Shown: positions 47,696 to 58,500 of the stretch, one piece after another
How the letters are laid out: each line of letters opens with the position of its first letter
Numbering within the stretch: position 1 is the stretch's first letter
From: Candidatus Omnitrophota bacterium
GTDB lineage: Bacteria > Omnitrophota > Omnitrophia > Omnitrophales > Aquincolibacteriaceae
Direction: 5' to 3'
DNA: 64,000 bases
NCBI GenBank assembly: GCA_022711115.1
Contig: JAKLFP010000002.1
Coordinates: 207,674-271,673, forward strand
The notes under the pieces: generated by a model
What the model was told of the DNA's origin: nothing
Seen by the model: only the letters and a program-made list of their open reading frames with translations
The model's database searches: none
Program-made: the position numbers and the translations under genes

Positions 47696-49834
47696 TTACT
47701 TCAAAATAATTCGAGCGTCAATGACGCCGGCACCTTTCCCCTCTCCATAAACCATAAGAGGATTGATGTCAATCTCATCAATTTCGGGATGGTCGCAAGA
47801 AAGCTGGGATAAGCGTTTCAAACACTCCGCCATTGCTTCAATGTCTGCAGGCGGTTCTCCGCGCACACCTTGAAGCAACTTATACGCGCGGATGCTTTTA
47901 ATCATATCGTAAGCACTCAATTCGCGGATCGGGGCCACGCGGAAGGTAACATCCTTGAGCGCTTCGACATAAATGCCACCCAACCCGAACATCAGAACCG
48001 GACCGAAGTGAGGATCTCTTTTCATCCCCAAGATCACTTCCCGACCTTTCGGCGCCATACGCTGCATGAACACCCCGTCAATCTTGGCTTTTAGTTTCTC
48101 TCCGACAGCCATAATGTCCCGGAAAGAATTCTGGACATCTTCGGCAGAATTCAGATTCAGACGCACGCCTCCGACATCCACCTTATGAACGATTTGCTGG
48201 GAAACAACTTTCATGACTACTGGAAAACCAATCTTAACGGCCTGTTCCCAGGCATCTTCCGCAGTCCTGACAAATGCCCAAGGAATAACCGGAAAATCAT
48301 AGGCACTGAAAATATCCATGGATAGATTGATCGGTAGGAATTTTTGCTGACTCTTGAGTGCCTTATCAATCACAGCATCAGCGGCCTGCCGGTTCACTTT
48401 ATAGCGTTTCACGCCCGTACGAGAGCGATGAAGCCACTCTTGATATTTATTCATGGAAGCCAGCGCACGGGCCGCTTCTTCAGGAAATACATAATGAGGG
48501 ATTTGATGTTCTTTCAGCACGCTCACACCCGCCTCGACATCCGCATGCCCCATAAAACATGTCACAATGGTTTTGTCGGATTCTTTGTCCACTTCAACGA
48601 TCACCTTTGCCGTGGCTTCCGCTTCGGTCATCGCCTGCGGCGTCAGCAGTACCAGCACACCGTCCACATTCGGATCGGCAATGACAACACGCAACGCATG
48701 TTCATACCGGTCATGCTGCGCGTCTCCAATCACATCTATCGGATTAGAAAAATTCGACGTAGGGGGAAGTTTTTCTTTCAATTTTATAACGGTTGCAGGG
48801 CTCATCTCAGCCATTTGAAGTCCGAATTTTACACAGGCATCCGTTGCCATGATCCCGGGACCGCCGGCATTGGTCACGATTGCCACGCGGTTGCCTTTCA
48901 TCAATGGCTGGTTCGCAAAAACAATTGCAAGTCCGAACATCTCTTCCGCCGAGTCCATGCGCATCACACCCGACTGCATAAATACCGCATCATAAACCTC
49001 ATCCGAACCCATCAGGGATCCCGTATGGGAACTTGCCGCCTTGGCACCCTGGGCTGTCCGGCCGGATTTAATGACAAGAATGGGTTTTGTCTTCACAATA
49101 TCGCCTGTGATTTCGCGTGCTACTTCGATAAAACCGGATCCATTGACGACATCTTCAAGGTACATCATGATGACGTCTGTGTTCGGATCGTCTTTCAGGT
49201 ATTGAAGAATCTCCAGCTCAGTCACATCGACTTTATTTCCAAGGCTGATGAATTTAGAAAAACCGATGTTCTCACCCCGGGCATAATCCAGCATCGCTGT
49301 TCCCAAAGCACCGCTCTGAGACACAAACGCGATGTTGCCTGGCTTGGGAATCGTTCCTGCAAAACTGGCATTCATGGAAAGCTTGGGATCGTTATTGATA
49401 AGTCCTAAACAGTTGGGCCCCAAAACGGAAATGCCGTAGTCATCGGCAATCTTTTTGACTTCCTTTTCAAGCCGGATGCCTTCTCCTCCGATTTCACGAA
49501 ACCCCGCTGAAATGATAATGGCGGCCTTGGCCCCTTTTTTCGCGCAGGCTTCAAGTTCCGGCGGTACCGCAGCCCCGGGAATGATGAAAATGGCCTGATC
49601 GATAGCTTCAGGAATTTCCGCAACGGTCGGGATGCACTTCACTCCAAGAATTTCATCCGCCTTGGGATTGACCGGATAAATCCTTCCTTTATACCCGGTT
49701 TGAAGAAGGTTTTTGAGAATGGCATAACCGACAGCCTCCGTACGGCGCGAAGCACCCACCACGGCAATCACTTGCGGCTCAAAAAGAGCCTTCAGATCTT
49801 TTTTTTTGGACGTCATCACAACATCGGCGCTCAT
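47696..49834 (-). CDS. acetate--CoA ligase (ADP-forming), fused alpha/beta
   Basis: A 712-aa protein with a CoA-binding domain, a succinyl-CoA-synthetase-like domain, and an ATP-grasp domain. Confidence 0.8.
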   Translation of the reverse strand: MSADVVMTSKKKDLKALFEPQVIAVVGASRRTEAVGYAILKNLLQTGYKGRIYPVNPKADEILGVKCIPTVAEIPEAIDQAIFIIPGAAVPPELEACAKKGAKAAIIISAGFREIGGEGIRLEKEVKKIADDYGISVLGPNCLGLINNDPKLSMNASFAGTIPKPGNIAFVSQSGALGTAMLDYARGENIGFSKFISLGNKVDVTELEILQYLKDDPNTDVIMMYLEDVVNGSGFIEVAREITGDIVKTKPILVIKSGRTAQGAKAASSHTGSLMGSDEVYDAVFMQSGVMRMDSAEEMFGLAIVFANQPLMKGNRVAIVTNAGGPGIMATDACVKFGLQMAEMSPATVIKLKEKLPPTSNFSNPIDVIGDAQHDRYEHALRVVIADPNVDGVLVLLTPQAMTEAEATAKVIVEVDKESDKTIVTCFMGHADVEAGVSVLKEHQIPHYVFPEEAARALASMNKYQEWLHRSRTGVKRYKVNRQAADAVIDKALKSQQKFLPINLSMDIFSAYDFPVIPWAFVRTAEDAWEQAVKIGFPVVMKVVSQQIVHKVDVGGVRLNLNSAEDVQNSFRDIMAVGEKLKAKIDGVFMQRMAPKGREVILGMKRDPHFGPVLMFGLGGIYVEALKDVTFRVAPIRELSAYDMIKSIRAYKLLQGVRGEPPADIEAMAECLKRLSQLSCDHPEIDEIDINPLMVYGEGKGAGVIDARIILK

Positions 49835-49849
49835 TATTCCATCCTCCCC

Positions 49850-52800
49850 TTATGCGGTCGCTGGTTTCGGAGCTTCAGATTGCACTTTCCCGCCGGAAGC
49901 GAGATATTCATAGAGTTTCCACCTATAATCAACGTCCATCTGAGCAAGTTGATGAAGCCTTTTTGATTCCTCCGGATTGATCTTCGCAAGCATCTTGAAG
50001 CGATTCTCCATCATCAGGAATTGCTCCACAGGGATAGAGGGCTTGCGAGAATCCAACGTCAGAGGATTTTCACCCTTCTCAATCTTTTGCGGGTCGAAGC
50101 GATAGAGAAGCCACTGCCCTGAAGCCACAGCAACCTTCTGTTCTTGCATCCCTTTTGTCATGTTGATGCCATGAGCAATGCAATGGCTGTAAGCCAGAAT
50201 CAGGGACGGCCCATCATAGGCCTCGGCTTCAAGAATCGCCTTAAGGGCCTGTTGATCATTCGCCCCAAGAGCGATCGACGCGACATACACATTCCCGTAG
50301 GTCATGGCAATTAGCCCGAGATCTTTTTTCCCGAGTAATTTTCCGCCCATGGCGAATTTCGCGATCGCGGAACGCGGGGTGGACTTTGACATTTGCCCGC
50401 CCGTATTGGAATAAACCTCGGTATCAAGCACCAGGATATTGACATTCTTGCCTGATGCGATCACATGATCCAAACCGCCGAAACCGATATCGTAGGCCCA
50501 TCCGTCCCCGCCCATAATCCAAACGCTCTTTTTCACCAGCGTGTCCGCCAGGCTCAAAAGTTGCACAGCCTCAGGATTTTCATTAAGGCTCGCGATCTTT
50601 TTCTTGAGCGCAGCAACCCGCTCGCGCTGATCATGGATTTCCGCCTCGGTTTTCTGCGTCGCATTGATCAGAGACTGCACCAGATCGTTTCCGATCCTGT
50701 CCTGAAGTTTCACGAGAAGCTCGGTCGCATATTCCTTTTGCTTATCGATTGCCAACCGAAACCCGAACCCAAACTCCGCGTTATCTTCAAAAAGAGAATT
50801 CGACCATGCCGGACCTCGGCCGTTGGCATCTTTGGCCCAAGGCGTGGTCGGCATATTGCCGCCATAAATCGACGAACAACCTGTGGCGTTCGCAATGACC
50901 GCACGATCGCCGTAAAGCTGCGAAACCAGTTTGACATAGGGCGTTTCCCCGCAACCGCCACACGCTCCCGAAAATTCAAAAAGCGGACGCATGGCCTGCT
51001 GCTGGTTGATCATCCCGACCTTAAGCTTCTTGCGGTCATATTCAGGAATCGCCAAAAAATGATCCCATTTCGGCTTTTCGGATTCACGCAGAGGGATCTG
51101 CGGGTGCATATTGATCGCTTTTTTGTTGGGATCCGTCTTGCTCTTGGCAGGACAGGTTTCCACGCAAGCCCCGCAGCCCGTGCAATCTTCCGGAGCAACC
51201 TGAATCGTGAATTTCTGCCCTTTGAAATCCGGCATCTTGGCATCGGCCGACTTGAACCCAGCCGGAGCACCTTCGAGATGCTTGGGGTCATAAACCTTCA
51301 TGCGGATCACCGCGTGAGGACAAACAATATTGCACTTGCCGCACTGGATACAAATCTCGGGTTCCCAAACGGGAATCTCCAACGCAATATTACGTTTTTC
51401 ATATTGGGTCGTCGCTGTCGGAAAAGTTCCGTCCACCGGAAACGCACTGACCGGCAGATCATCTCCTCGGCCTTCGATAATCGTCCCTATCACATCCTTG
51501 ACAAATGCAGGCGCATTATCCGTTACCGGCGCAAGCATTTTAACCTTGCTATCGGCCACCGCCGGAACTTTCACTTCCTGCAAATGCGCCAGCGTCATAT
51601 CCACGGCCATGAGGTTTTGTTTGACAACCTCTTCACCCTTCTTCCCATAGGTCTTCTGGATCGATTTTTTAATCTCGCTAATCGCTTGCTCACGCGGTAA
51701 AACACCCGAGATGGCGAAAAAACATACCTGCATGATGGTATTGATCCTCATCCCCATCCCACTGTCCGCCGCCACTTTGTAGGCGTCGATCACGTAGAAT
51801 TTGAGCTTCTTCGCGATGATCTGCTGCTGGACTTCGATCGGGATATTACTCCAAACATCTTTGACATCCCAGGGCACGTTCAGCAAGAAGGTTCCGCCCG
51901 GCATCGCATTCCTCAGCATGTCATATTTCTCAAGAAAAACCGTCTGGTGACAGGCCACAAAATGCGCCTGGCTGATTAAATAAGGGGAACGGATCGGTTC
52001 CGGCCCGAACCGTAGATGCGACACGGTGATCGCGCCGGATTTTTTGGAATCGTAGACAAAGTATCCCTGCGCATAGTTCTCTGTGTTCTCACCGATGATC
52101 TTGATGGAATTCTTGTTGGCACCGACCGTCCCATCCGCACCGAGCCCGTAGAAAAGAGAGCGGACGACTTTTTCGGATTCGATCGAATACGCCGGATCAT
52201 AGGAAATGCTGGTCTGGGTTACATCATCATTGATCCCGATGGTAAAACCGTTTTTGCTTTTTCCGGACGCAAAGAAATCAAAGATCCCTTTGACCATGGC
52301 CGGTGTGAATTCTTTGGAGGAAAGCCCGTAGCGGCCTCCGTAAACTTTGGGCGTTTGTTTGAATTTCGACCAGCCGTTCTGTTCCGCTTCCTGGAGCGCG
52401 CTTACCACATCCTGATAAAGAGGTTCACCGATGGCTCCGGGTTCTTTCGTGCGATCGAGAACAATCAGATTTTTGGTGGTTTGAGGGATAAGACTCACAA
52501 ATCGCTTTACATCAAAGGGACGGTAAAGCGCCACTTTGAGACAACCGACCTTCGCACCTTTTGCCTGAAGCGCTTTGATCGTCTCTTCGACAACCTCCAC
52601 ACCTGAGGCCATGATCACGATGACCTGTTCCGCGTCTTTAGGACCGGAATATTCGAAAAGCTGATAACGTCGCCCCGTCAATTCGGCGAATTTGTCCATG
52701 GTTTGCTGGACAATATCCGGGCATGCCGCATAAAACTTATTAACCGTTTCTCGCACCTGAAAATAGACGTCCGGATTCTGGGCCGTCCCGCGAAGCACGG

Positions 52801-53485
52801 GATTGTCCGGTGTAAGCGCACGATTCCGGTGCTCCATCACTCTTGCCATATTGATCATGCTGCGAATCTGGTCTTCCGAAAGTGTGCTGATCTTCTGAAC
52901 TTCGTGGGACGTGCGGAAGCCATCAAAAAAATGAAGGAATGGAATACGGGATTCCAACGTGGCCGCATGCGCAATCATGGCAAAATCCATCGCTTCCTGA
53001 ACCGAACTGGAAGCAAGCATGGCATAACCGGTTTGCCGAACGGCCATCACGTCGCTGTGATCGCCAAAAATGGAGAGTGCCTGGCAAGCCAGCGAACGCG
53101 CCGAGACATGAATGACCATGGGTGTCAATTCACCCGCAATCTTGTACATGTTCGGGATCATAAGAAGCAGCCCTTGGGATGCTGTAAAAGTCGTGGTCAG
53201 AGCTCCGCGCTGAAGCGCGCCGTGAACAGCTCCGGACGCACCGCCTTCACTCTGCATCTCGGCTACAGACGGAATCGTACCCCAAATATTTTTTTTATTC
53301 TCCGAAGCCCATTGATCCGCCCATTCCCCCATCGGCGAAGATGGCGTAATCGGGTAAATCGCGATACATTCATTCACGCGATAGGCAACGTGTGCGACCG
53401 CTTCATTGGCGTCCATGGTAATAAACTTTGATTGGTCCATTTTTTTTGCTCCGGATTTTTCTTTTTCCAAGGTTTGTTCGGCCAT
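49850..53485 (-). CDS. nifJ: pyruvate:ferredoxin (flavodoxin) oxidoreductase, single-chain
   Basis: About 1,210 aa, with two 4Fe-4S CxxCxxCxxxCP motifs and a TPP-binding domain. The N-terminus aligns from MAEQ/MDQSK, so the ORF-track N-terminal extension is probably spurious. Confidence 0.85.
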   Translation of the reverse strand: MAEQTLEKEKSGAKKMDQSKFITMDANEAVAHVAYRVNECIAIYPITPSSPMGEWADQWASENKKNIWGTIPSVAEMQSEGGASGAVHGALQRGALTTTFTASQGLLLMIPNMYKIAGELTPMVIHVSARSLACQALSIFGDHSDVMAVRQTGYAMLASSSVQEAMDFAMIAHAATLESRIPFLHFFDGFRTSHEVQKISTLSEDQIRSMINMARVMEHRNRALTPDNPVLRGTAQNPDVYFQVRETVNKFYAACPDIVQQTMDKFAELTGRRYQLFEYSGPKDAEQVIVIMASGVEVVEETIKALQAKGAKVGCLKVALYRPFDVKRFVSLIPQTTKNLIVLDRTKEPGAIGEPLYQDVVSALQEAEQNGWSKFKQTPKVYGGRYGLSSKEFTPAMVKGIFDFFASGKSKNGFTIGINDDVTQTSISYDPAYSIESEKVVRSLFYGLGADGTVGANKNSIKIIGENTENYAQGYFVYDSKKSGAITVSHLRFGPEPIRSPYLISQAHFVACHQTVFLEKYDMLRNAMPGGTFLLNVPWDVKDVWSNIPIEVQQQIIAKKLKFYVIDAYKVAADSGMGMRINTIMQVCFFAISGVLPREQAISEIKKSIQKTYGKKGEEVVKQNLMAVDMTLAHLQEVKVPAVADSKVKMLAPVTDNAPAFVKDVIGTIIEGRGDDLPVSAFPVDGTFPTATTQYEKRNIALEIPVWEPEICIQCGKCNIVCPHAVIRMKVYDPKHLEGAPAGFKSADAKMPDFKGQKFTIQVAPEDCTGCGACVETCPAKSKTDPNKKAINMHPQIPLRESEKPKWDHFLAIPEYDRKKLKVGMINQQQAMRPLFEFSGACGGCGETPYVKLVSQLYGDRAVIANATGCSSIYGGNMPTTPWAKDANGRGPAWSNSLFEDNAEFGFGFRLAIDKQKEYATELLVKLQDRIGNDLVQSLINATQKTEAEIHDQRERVAALKKKIASLNENPEAVQLLSLADTLVKKSVWIMGGDGWAYDIGFGGLDHVIASGKNVNILVLDTEVYSNTGGQMSKSTPRSAIAKFAMGGKLLGKKDLGLIAMTYGNVYVASIALGANDQQALKAILEAEAYDGPSLILAYSHCIAHGINMTKGMQEQKVAVASGQWLLYRFDPQKIEKGENPLTLDSRKPSIPVEQFLMMENRFKMLAKINPEESKRLHQLAQMDVDYRWKLYEYLASGGKVQSEAPKPATA

Positions 53486-53852
53486 TTGATTAAGTTCCTT
53501 TTTGATATAAATTTTTATAAAAAATATCGCAAAAAAACATCCCTGGATAACCGCTCGAATTACACGGGTAGCCAGCCATACTTTACTCATGTCCTCCGGA
53601 AATTCCAGCAGTAAGAATCAGGAACGGGGAACTTTGAAAGGCTTTATAAATCGCAGGAAGTCTTACTGATAGGCCTCCATTGATTCAGCGATTTTGATAC
53701 TTTATTTTATGCTTTTAAGGATAATTTTTCAATAGCAAAGTCGTCAAGGCCTCCCATCATCTCCAGCTTTACGGAAAATATGAGTGGCTCCTAGCCTTGA
53801 GGCTTAGCGTCTTCGCTTGAAATGATGCGCTGGATTCATTAATATCTAGCAT

Positions 53853-54251
53853 ATGGAACATTACAAGATTCAGCTGCTACAATTTTTGATTTGCAAAGAA
53901 TTCGAACCGGGCGAACAGGATTGTTACACGGCCGAACTTGTGAAGAGCAATCTCCATGTTCCCTCTTTTCCCTATCGCTTCGACCAACTCTATGCCGTCA
54001 CGTGCTGGCGCAAAGACAAGATGTTCCACAAAGAAGTCATCGAGTATTCCACGGAAAACGGACAAATCGTAAAAACGGCCCCCATGGATATCGAACCCGT
54101 CACCAATAGCGTACTTTTCCGCTGGCACAAACACGCCTTCCCAGTAGACCTCGAGATCAAGGAAGATTCCCTGCTGCATATCCGCGTGATCCTGGATTGG
54201 AAGGTCCATTTTGAATCTTACCTGATGATCGAAAAAAAGCCGGGGATATAA
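53853..54251 (+). CDS. hypothetical protein
   Basis: A 132-aa ORF with no recognisable motifs. Confidence 0.35.
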   Translation: MEHYKIQLLQFLICKEFEPGEQDCYTAELVKSNLHVPSFPYRFDQLYAVTCWRKDKMFHKEVIEYSTENGQIVKTAPMDIEPVTNSVLFRWHKHAFPVDLEIKEDSLLHIRVILDWKVHFESYLMIEKKPGI

Positions 54252-54255
54252 CGGC

Positions 54256-55497
54256 ATGCTGCACACATGGCTCCCCGACCTCTGGATGGTGCTTCCGTTC
54301 GTCGGACTTCTTTTATCCATCGCCATCCTTCCGGTCTCAGCCCCGCATTTCTGGCATTCATTAAAAAATCAGGGCCTTGTCGCTTTTATTTTCTCGCTAC
54401 CGGTCATTTATCTCTGTCTGGCAAACAACCCAGCGCTCCTCGGCGAAAGTCTTGAACATTATCTTTCCTTTGTCATTCTCCTGGCTTCTCTTTTCATCGT
54501 TTCCGGAGGCATTTGGCTGACAGGAGACCTGGTCAGCACGCCTCTGGGAAATACTTTCATGTTGGCCGTTGGCGCCGTCCTGGCGAATTTTATTGGAACG
54601 ACGGGCGCCAGCATGGTCCTGATTCGTCCGCTGCTTTCATCAAACGCCTACCGCAAGCATCATGTTCATATTCCCATATTTTTCATCATGATCGTCAGCA
54701 ATATCGGCGGCCTGCTGACCCCGCTTGGGGATCCTCCGCTTTTTCTCGGCTATCTCCTCGGGGTTCCCTTTTTCTGGACTCTAAAACTTATCCCCCACTG
54801 GCTGATCGCCGTTTCCGCGCTCCTTTTGATCTTTTACTGGATCGATCACCGGGCTTTCGACCATGAAACACAGCAACAGCAGCGCAAAGCGCGGTCTGAT
54901 GTTCCGGTCCGTCTGAAAGGCCTAAGAAACTTGTTTTGCCTTGCGATCATTATCTCTGCCACGCTTTTCTTGAAAGAACCTTACCGGGAGATCCTGATGA
55001 TCGCGGCCGCAGTCCTCTCACTTAAGATCACTCCAAAAAGTTACCATGAAGCAAACGGATTTAATTTCTATCCCATTCTCGAAGTTGCGATCCTGTTCCT
55101 CGGCATCTTCATTACAATGGAACCGGCTTTGGCGATTCTTTATCAACGCGGACATGAACTGGGCGTGACGACACCAGGACAATTTTTTTGGAGCACCGGA
55201 CTTTTCTCGTCATTCCTGGACAATGCCCCGACTTATTTGACATTCGCTTCGTTGGCTCAGGGGTTAAAGCTTTCCGGACCTTACCTAAAAATGCCGGAGT
55301 CTTTGCTTGCCGCGATCAGCGTCGGGGCCGTTTTTTTCGGCGCCATGACCTACATCGGCAACGCGCCGAATTTTATGGTGAGAACAATCGCGATCCACCG
55401 CGGATGGAAAATGCCGAGCTTTTTCGGGTATATGCTCTGGTCGTGCGCCATCCTGCTCCCGCTTTTGGTGCTAATCACTTTGATCTTTTTTAGGTAG
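54256..55497 (+). CDS. ArsB/NhaD-superfamily permease (putative Na+/H+ antiporter or anion permease)
   Basis: A polytopic protein with about 11 TM helices. Confidence 0.5.
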   Translation: MLHTWLPDLWMVLPFVGLLLSIAILPVSAPHFWHSLKNQGLVAFIFSLPVIYLCLANNPALLGESLEHYLSFVILLASLFIVSGGIWLTGDLVSTPLGNTFMLAVGAVLANFIGTTGASMVLIRPLLSSNAYRKHHVHIPIFFIMIVSNIGGLLTPLGDPPLFLGYLLGVPFFWTLKLIPHWLIAVSALLLIFYWIDHRAFDHETQQQQRKARSDVPVRLKGLRNLFCLAIIISATLFLKEPYREILMIAAAVLSLKITPKSYHEANGFNFYPILEVAILFLGIFITMEPALAILYQRGHELGVTTPGQFFWSTGLFSSFLDNAPTYLTFASLAQGLKLSGPYLKMPESLLAAISVGAVFFGAMTYIGNAPNFMVRTIAIHRGWKMPSFFGYMLWSCAILLPLLVLITLIFFR

Positions 55498-55504
55498 GCT
55501 CGGC

Positions 55505-58500
55505 TTATGCCGCGGTCTTGACCGAGGCTTGTGCCTGATAATTATCCACCATTTCTTGAATGGCGAGATACAGACGCCCGTCGCTGGTGATTTTGATGAA
55601 CTTCATCACGCCTGACTGCTCAAGCTCGCTTTTGATCAACTCAGGCTTCAGCATGATCTGTTTTTGCTTCTCAGGTTCCAAAGACACATATTTAAGAAGC
55701 GCGTAGCGCACCGCCGTCAAGGCGAGTTCTTTCAGACCGGCATCCGAGATCTGGCTGATTTCGGCCAGGATCGAATAGATCCCGGCATCTTTCACGCCGA
55801 TATCCTGCGTCCAGGACGCCACCAGCAATTCCTGATGCGCCCTTCTCACATTCGCCATGCGTATATTGAGATTCTTCGCATCAACAGCCACCGGCGTAAC
55901 CGGCCCTGCTTTGTTCCATCCGATACCGATCCGTTCCCCTTTTCTCTGATTGTAGAAAATGATCACCTGCGACGGTTTCATTAACGCCAGCATATTCAGC
56001 ACAGCTTCCGCATCCTTTCCGGGATGATTCATAAGAACTGAAAAGGATGGGCTCTTGTTATTTTGCAAAAGTTGTCCCAAAGCCGTATCCAGCATCGCCT
56101 TGTCGTGCGCGATCTTACCCTGGTCTAACCGGCCGGACATATCCGCGTAACGCGTGGGCTCCACAAACACTTCCGATCCGCCCATCACGACCATTTGAAT
56201 CCTGGCGCTCAGCGCATCCGCATCCCCATATCGCCCGATATTCTTCAGCTGACCCGTAAGATCCGAATTCACGAGAATCACAATCGCATCCGCATCCAAA
56301 CCAAGCAACTTATTCATGAACGCATCTCGAAATAAATTAAACTGTGTTTTTTCGCGCTCCAAACCTTTTTGTCCCAACTCCCGCAATTCCGACCGAAATT
56401 TTGCTTCATCAAACGGCTCCTGAAGTGTTACCTTCTCGATTTGCCCTTTCTCCATCAATCCCACCAACGGATTTTCCGCAAGTCCTACCTCCGAACGAGT
56501 GACAGCGAGTGCTGGTTCTTTATCGCCGATCTGCGCATCCCAAGCATCCAACCCCGCTTGTTCTTCAAGCCTCATCGCCAGGGGCAACTGCGCATCACGG
56601 TCAATTTCCTTCACCAAAAGTCCGTTGAACCATAGCAATTTTTCGGTAATGGTCCGGGACTCGGCCTGAGGATCGATCTCTGAAAGATCCACGACGAGTT
56701 CTGAAAAATGTTCGACAATTTCCTGTTTATCGGGAAGATTTGCGTCCAATAAGACTTTTAAGTTTTCAAACACCCGACGGAATCCTTCCAGGACCTTCGG
56801 ATCATGATCCGCGCGCCCAAGGCCGAAGAGCTTTTGAAAATACCGCACACCCGGATCCTTTGAATTCGGATCAAAAACATCGAGCAGGGATACATAATAG
56901 TAATCTGAAGTTTCTACATCTGCGCAACATGCGGCGTTTCTTTTGAGACCAAGGATGAGGATCGGATTCTTTGAATTAACAGGCTTGACCTCCCCTTGGT
57001 TTTCTTTCAACAACGACGCTTTGTAATATTTGTTGATCGTCTTGACAATGTCCGCTATCGCCTTTCCCCATTTAAAATCAAGAATCTGCCCATCCAAGAC
57101 TAAGTCCGGAAAAAGTGTGGCTCCGTCAGCCGAACGAATTGGGGGTTTTACACTTGTTTCCCGGCCTATGACCAAATACTTCGCAAAAACAGTCCCTACC
57201 GTCTCCCATATTTTCCCTTTCGCCCTATTTACGCTTTGCGTCGGCGCTGATTTATCAAAAACCTTATAAGTTTTCGCACTACGATCCCACACAAGGGTCG
57301 ACCACCCCGGAGAACCATCCTCGTCTTCATAGGTGAATGTCAAATACAGCCTCCCATCCTCCGGTTTTTCGATCTTAGTGAGATAAATGGAGGCGAGACT
57401 CCCCACCGCGCCAATGGGAAAGACACTGCCCAACTCAGTGCCGTCAGGAAGAAGTGTAGTTTTTTGCAATCGCCCATATCGCATAGACACCAGCCAAAAA
57501 GCAACATCAAGCTGAAACTTTTTTGTAATACCAGTGCGAAACACTTCCTCCTGCATCCAGTAAAACTCTGCCATCTGTCGGGTTCCAAAACTGTGGTATT
57601 TTTTTGGATCTCTCGGATCCCAAAAAATAACTGTGGTACCTTTTTTTTCATTTTCTCCCTCATACTCAAATGTCAGATAAAGTCGGCCGGAACGCTTTTC
57701 AATCTTTATGAGATAAATGGAGACAAGACCAGCCCCCGCCCCAATGGTGGGAGTGCTTCCTAATTTGACACCGTCAAGCGGGAGAGGTGCGACCCTTTGC
57801 AAAGTTCCACGTCCCATTTCCACAAACCAATCAGCAACATCAAGTCGAAGATCTTTTGCGATTCCAGTATGCCAAACTTTCCGCATTCCTTCTAAAACTT
57901 CAAGCAGATTTGTCTCCTTTTCCGTTTTAGAAAGGATTGTCTTTCCCTTACCTTGGTCGAACCTTTGATATGTTTTTGGATTTTGAGGATCCCAAATTAT
58001 AACAACCCTGCTTTCTTTGTCATTCTCGCTTTTATTTTTATACTCAAATATCAGGGAAAGGCGATCGTCATCACGTTTTTCGATTTTTGTTAGATAAATC
58101 CAAACAAGATCTGTCGTTCCTATACTAAAGCTCACATCCAATTTATGACCATCAGGACGCAGTGTTTCTTTGAGAAAACGTCCCTGTTTCATGTAAACAA
58201 GCCAGTCAGCAGCATCCAGTCGAAGGTTTTTTGCAACACCAGTGCGGAATACTTCCTCCTGCATCCAGTAAAATTCTGCCATTTGCCTTGTCCCGAAATC
58301 ATGATAAGTTTTTGGATCTTTGGGGTCCCAAAAAATAACAGCCGTGTCTTTCTTTCCATTTTTTCCTTCATATTCAAACGTCAGATAAAGCCGCCCATCG
58401 AAACGCTTTTCGAGTTTCGTGAGGTAAATTGAAACAAGATCCTTAATTACGCCTATATGAAGCTGTTCATTTAATGTATCGCCATTAGGAAAAAGCATAG

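Noticed and set aside
50465-53431. Long plus-strand ORFs inside PFOR (411 aa, 196 aa, 242 aa), inside ACS (354 aa at 48,344-49,408), and inside the HK (296 aa at 19,319-20,209), nrdD (235 aa), miaB (226 aa), and nrdG (202 aa)
   Set aside because: In each case the opposite strand encodes a protein with unmistakable family motifs. The antisense ORFs are Arg/His/Phe-rich with no motifs, consistent with stop-poor antisense frames.
53486-53590. ORF-track N-terminal extension of PFOR (MSKVWLATRV...)
   Set aside because: PFOR homologs begin near the DANEAVAHVAY segment. The upstream ATGs at 53,485 and 53,440 have GGAG-type RBSs, and the extension is hydrophobic junk.
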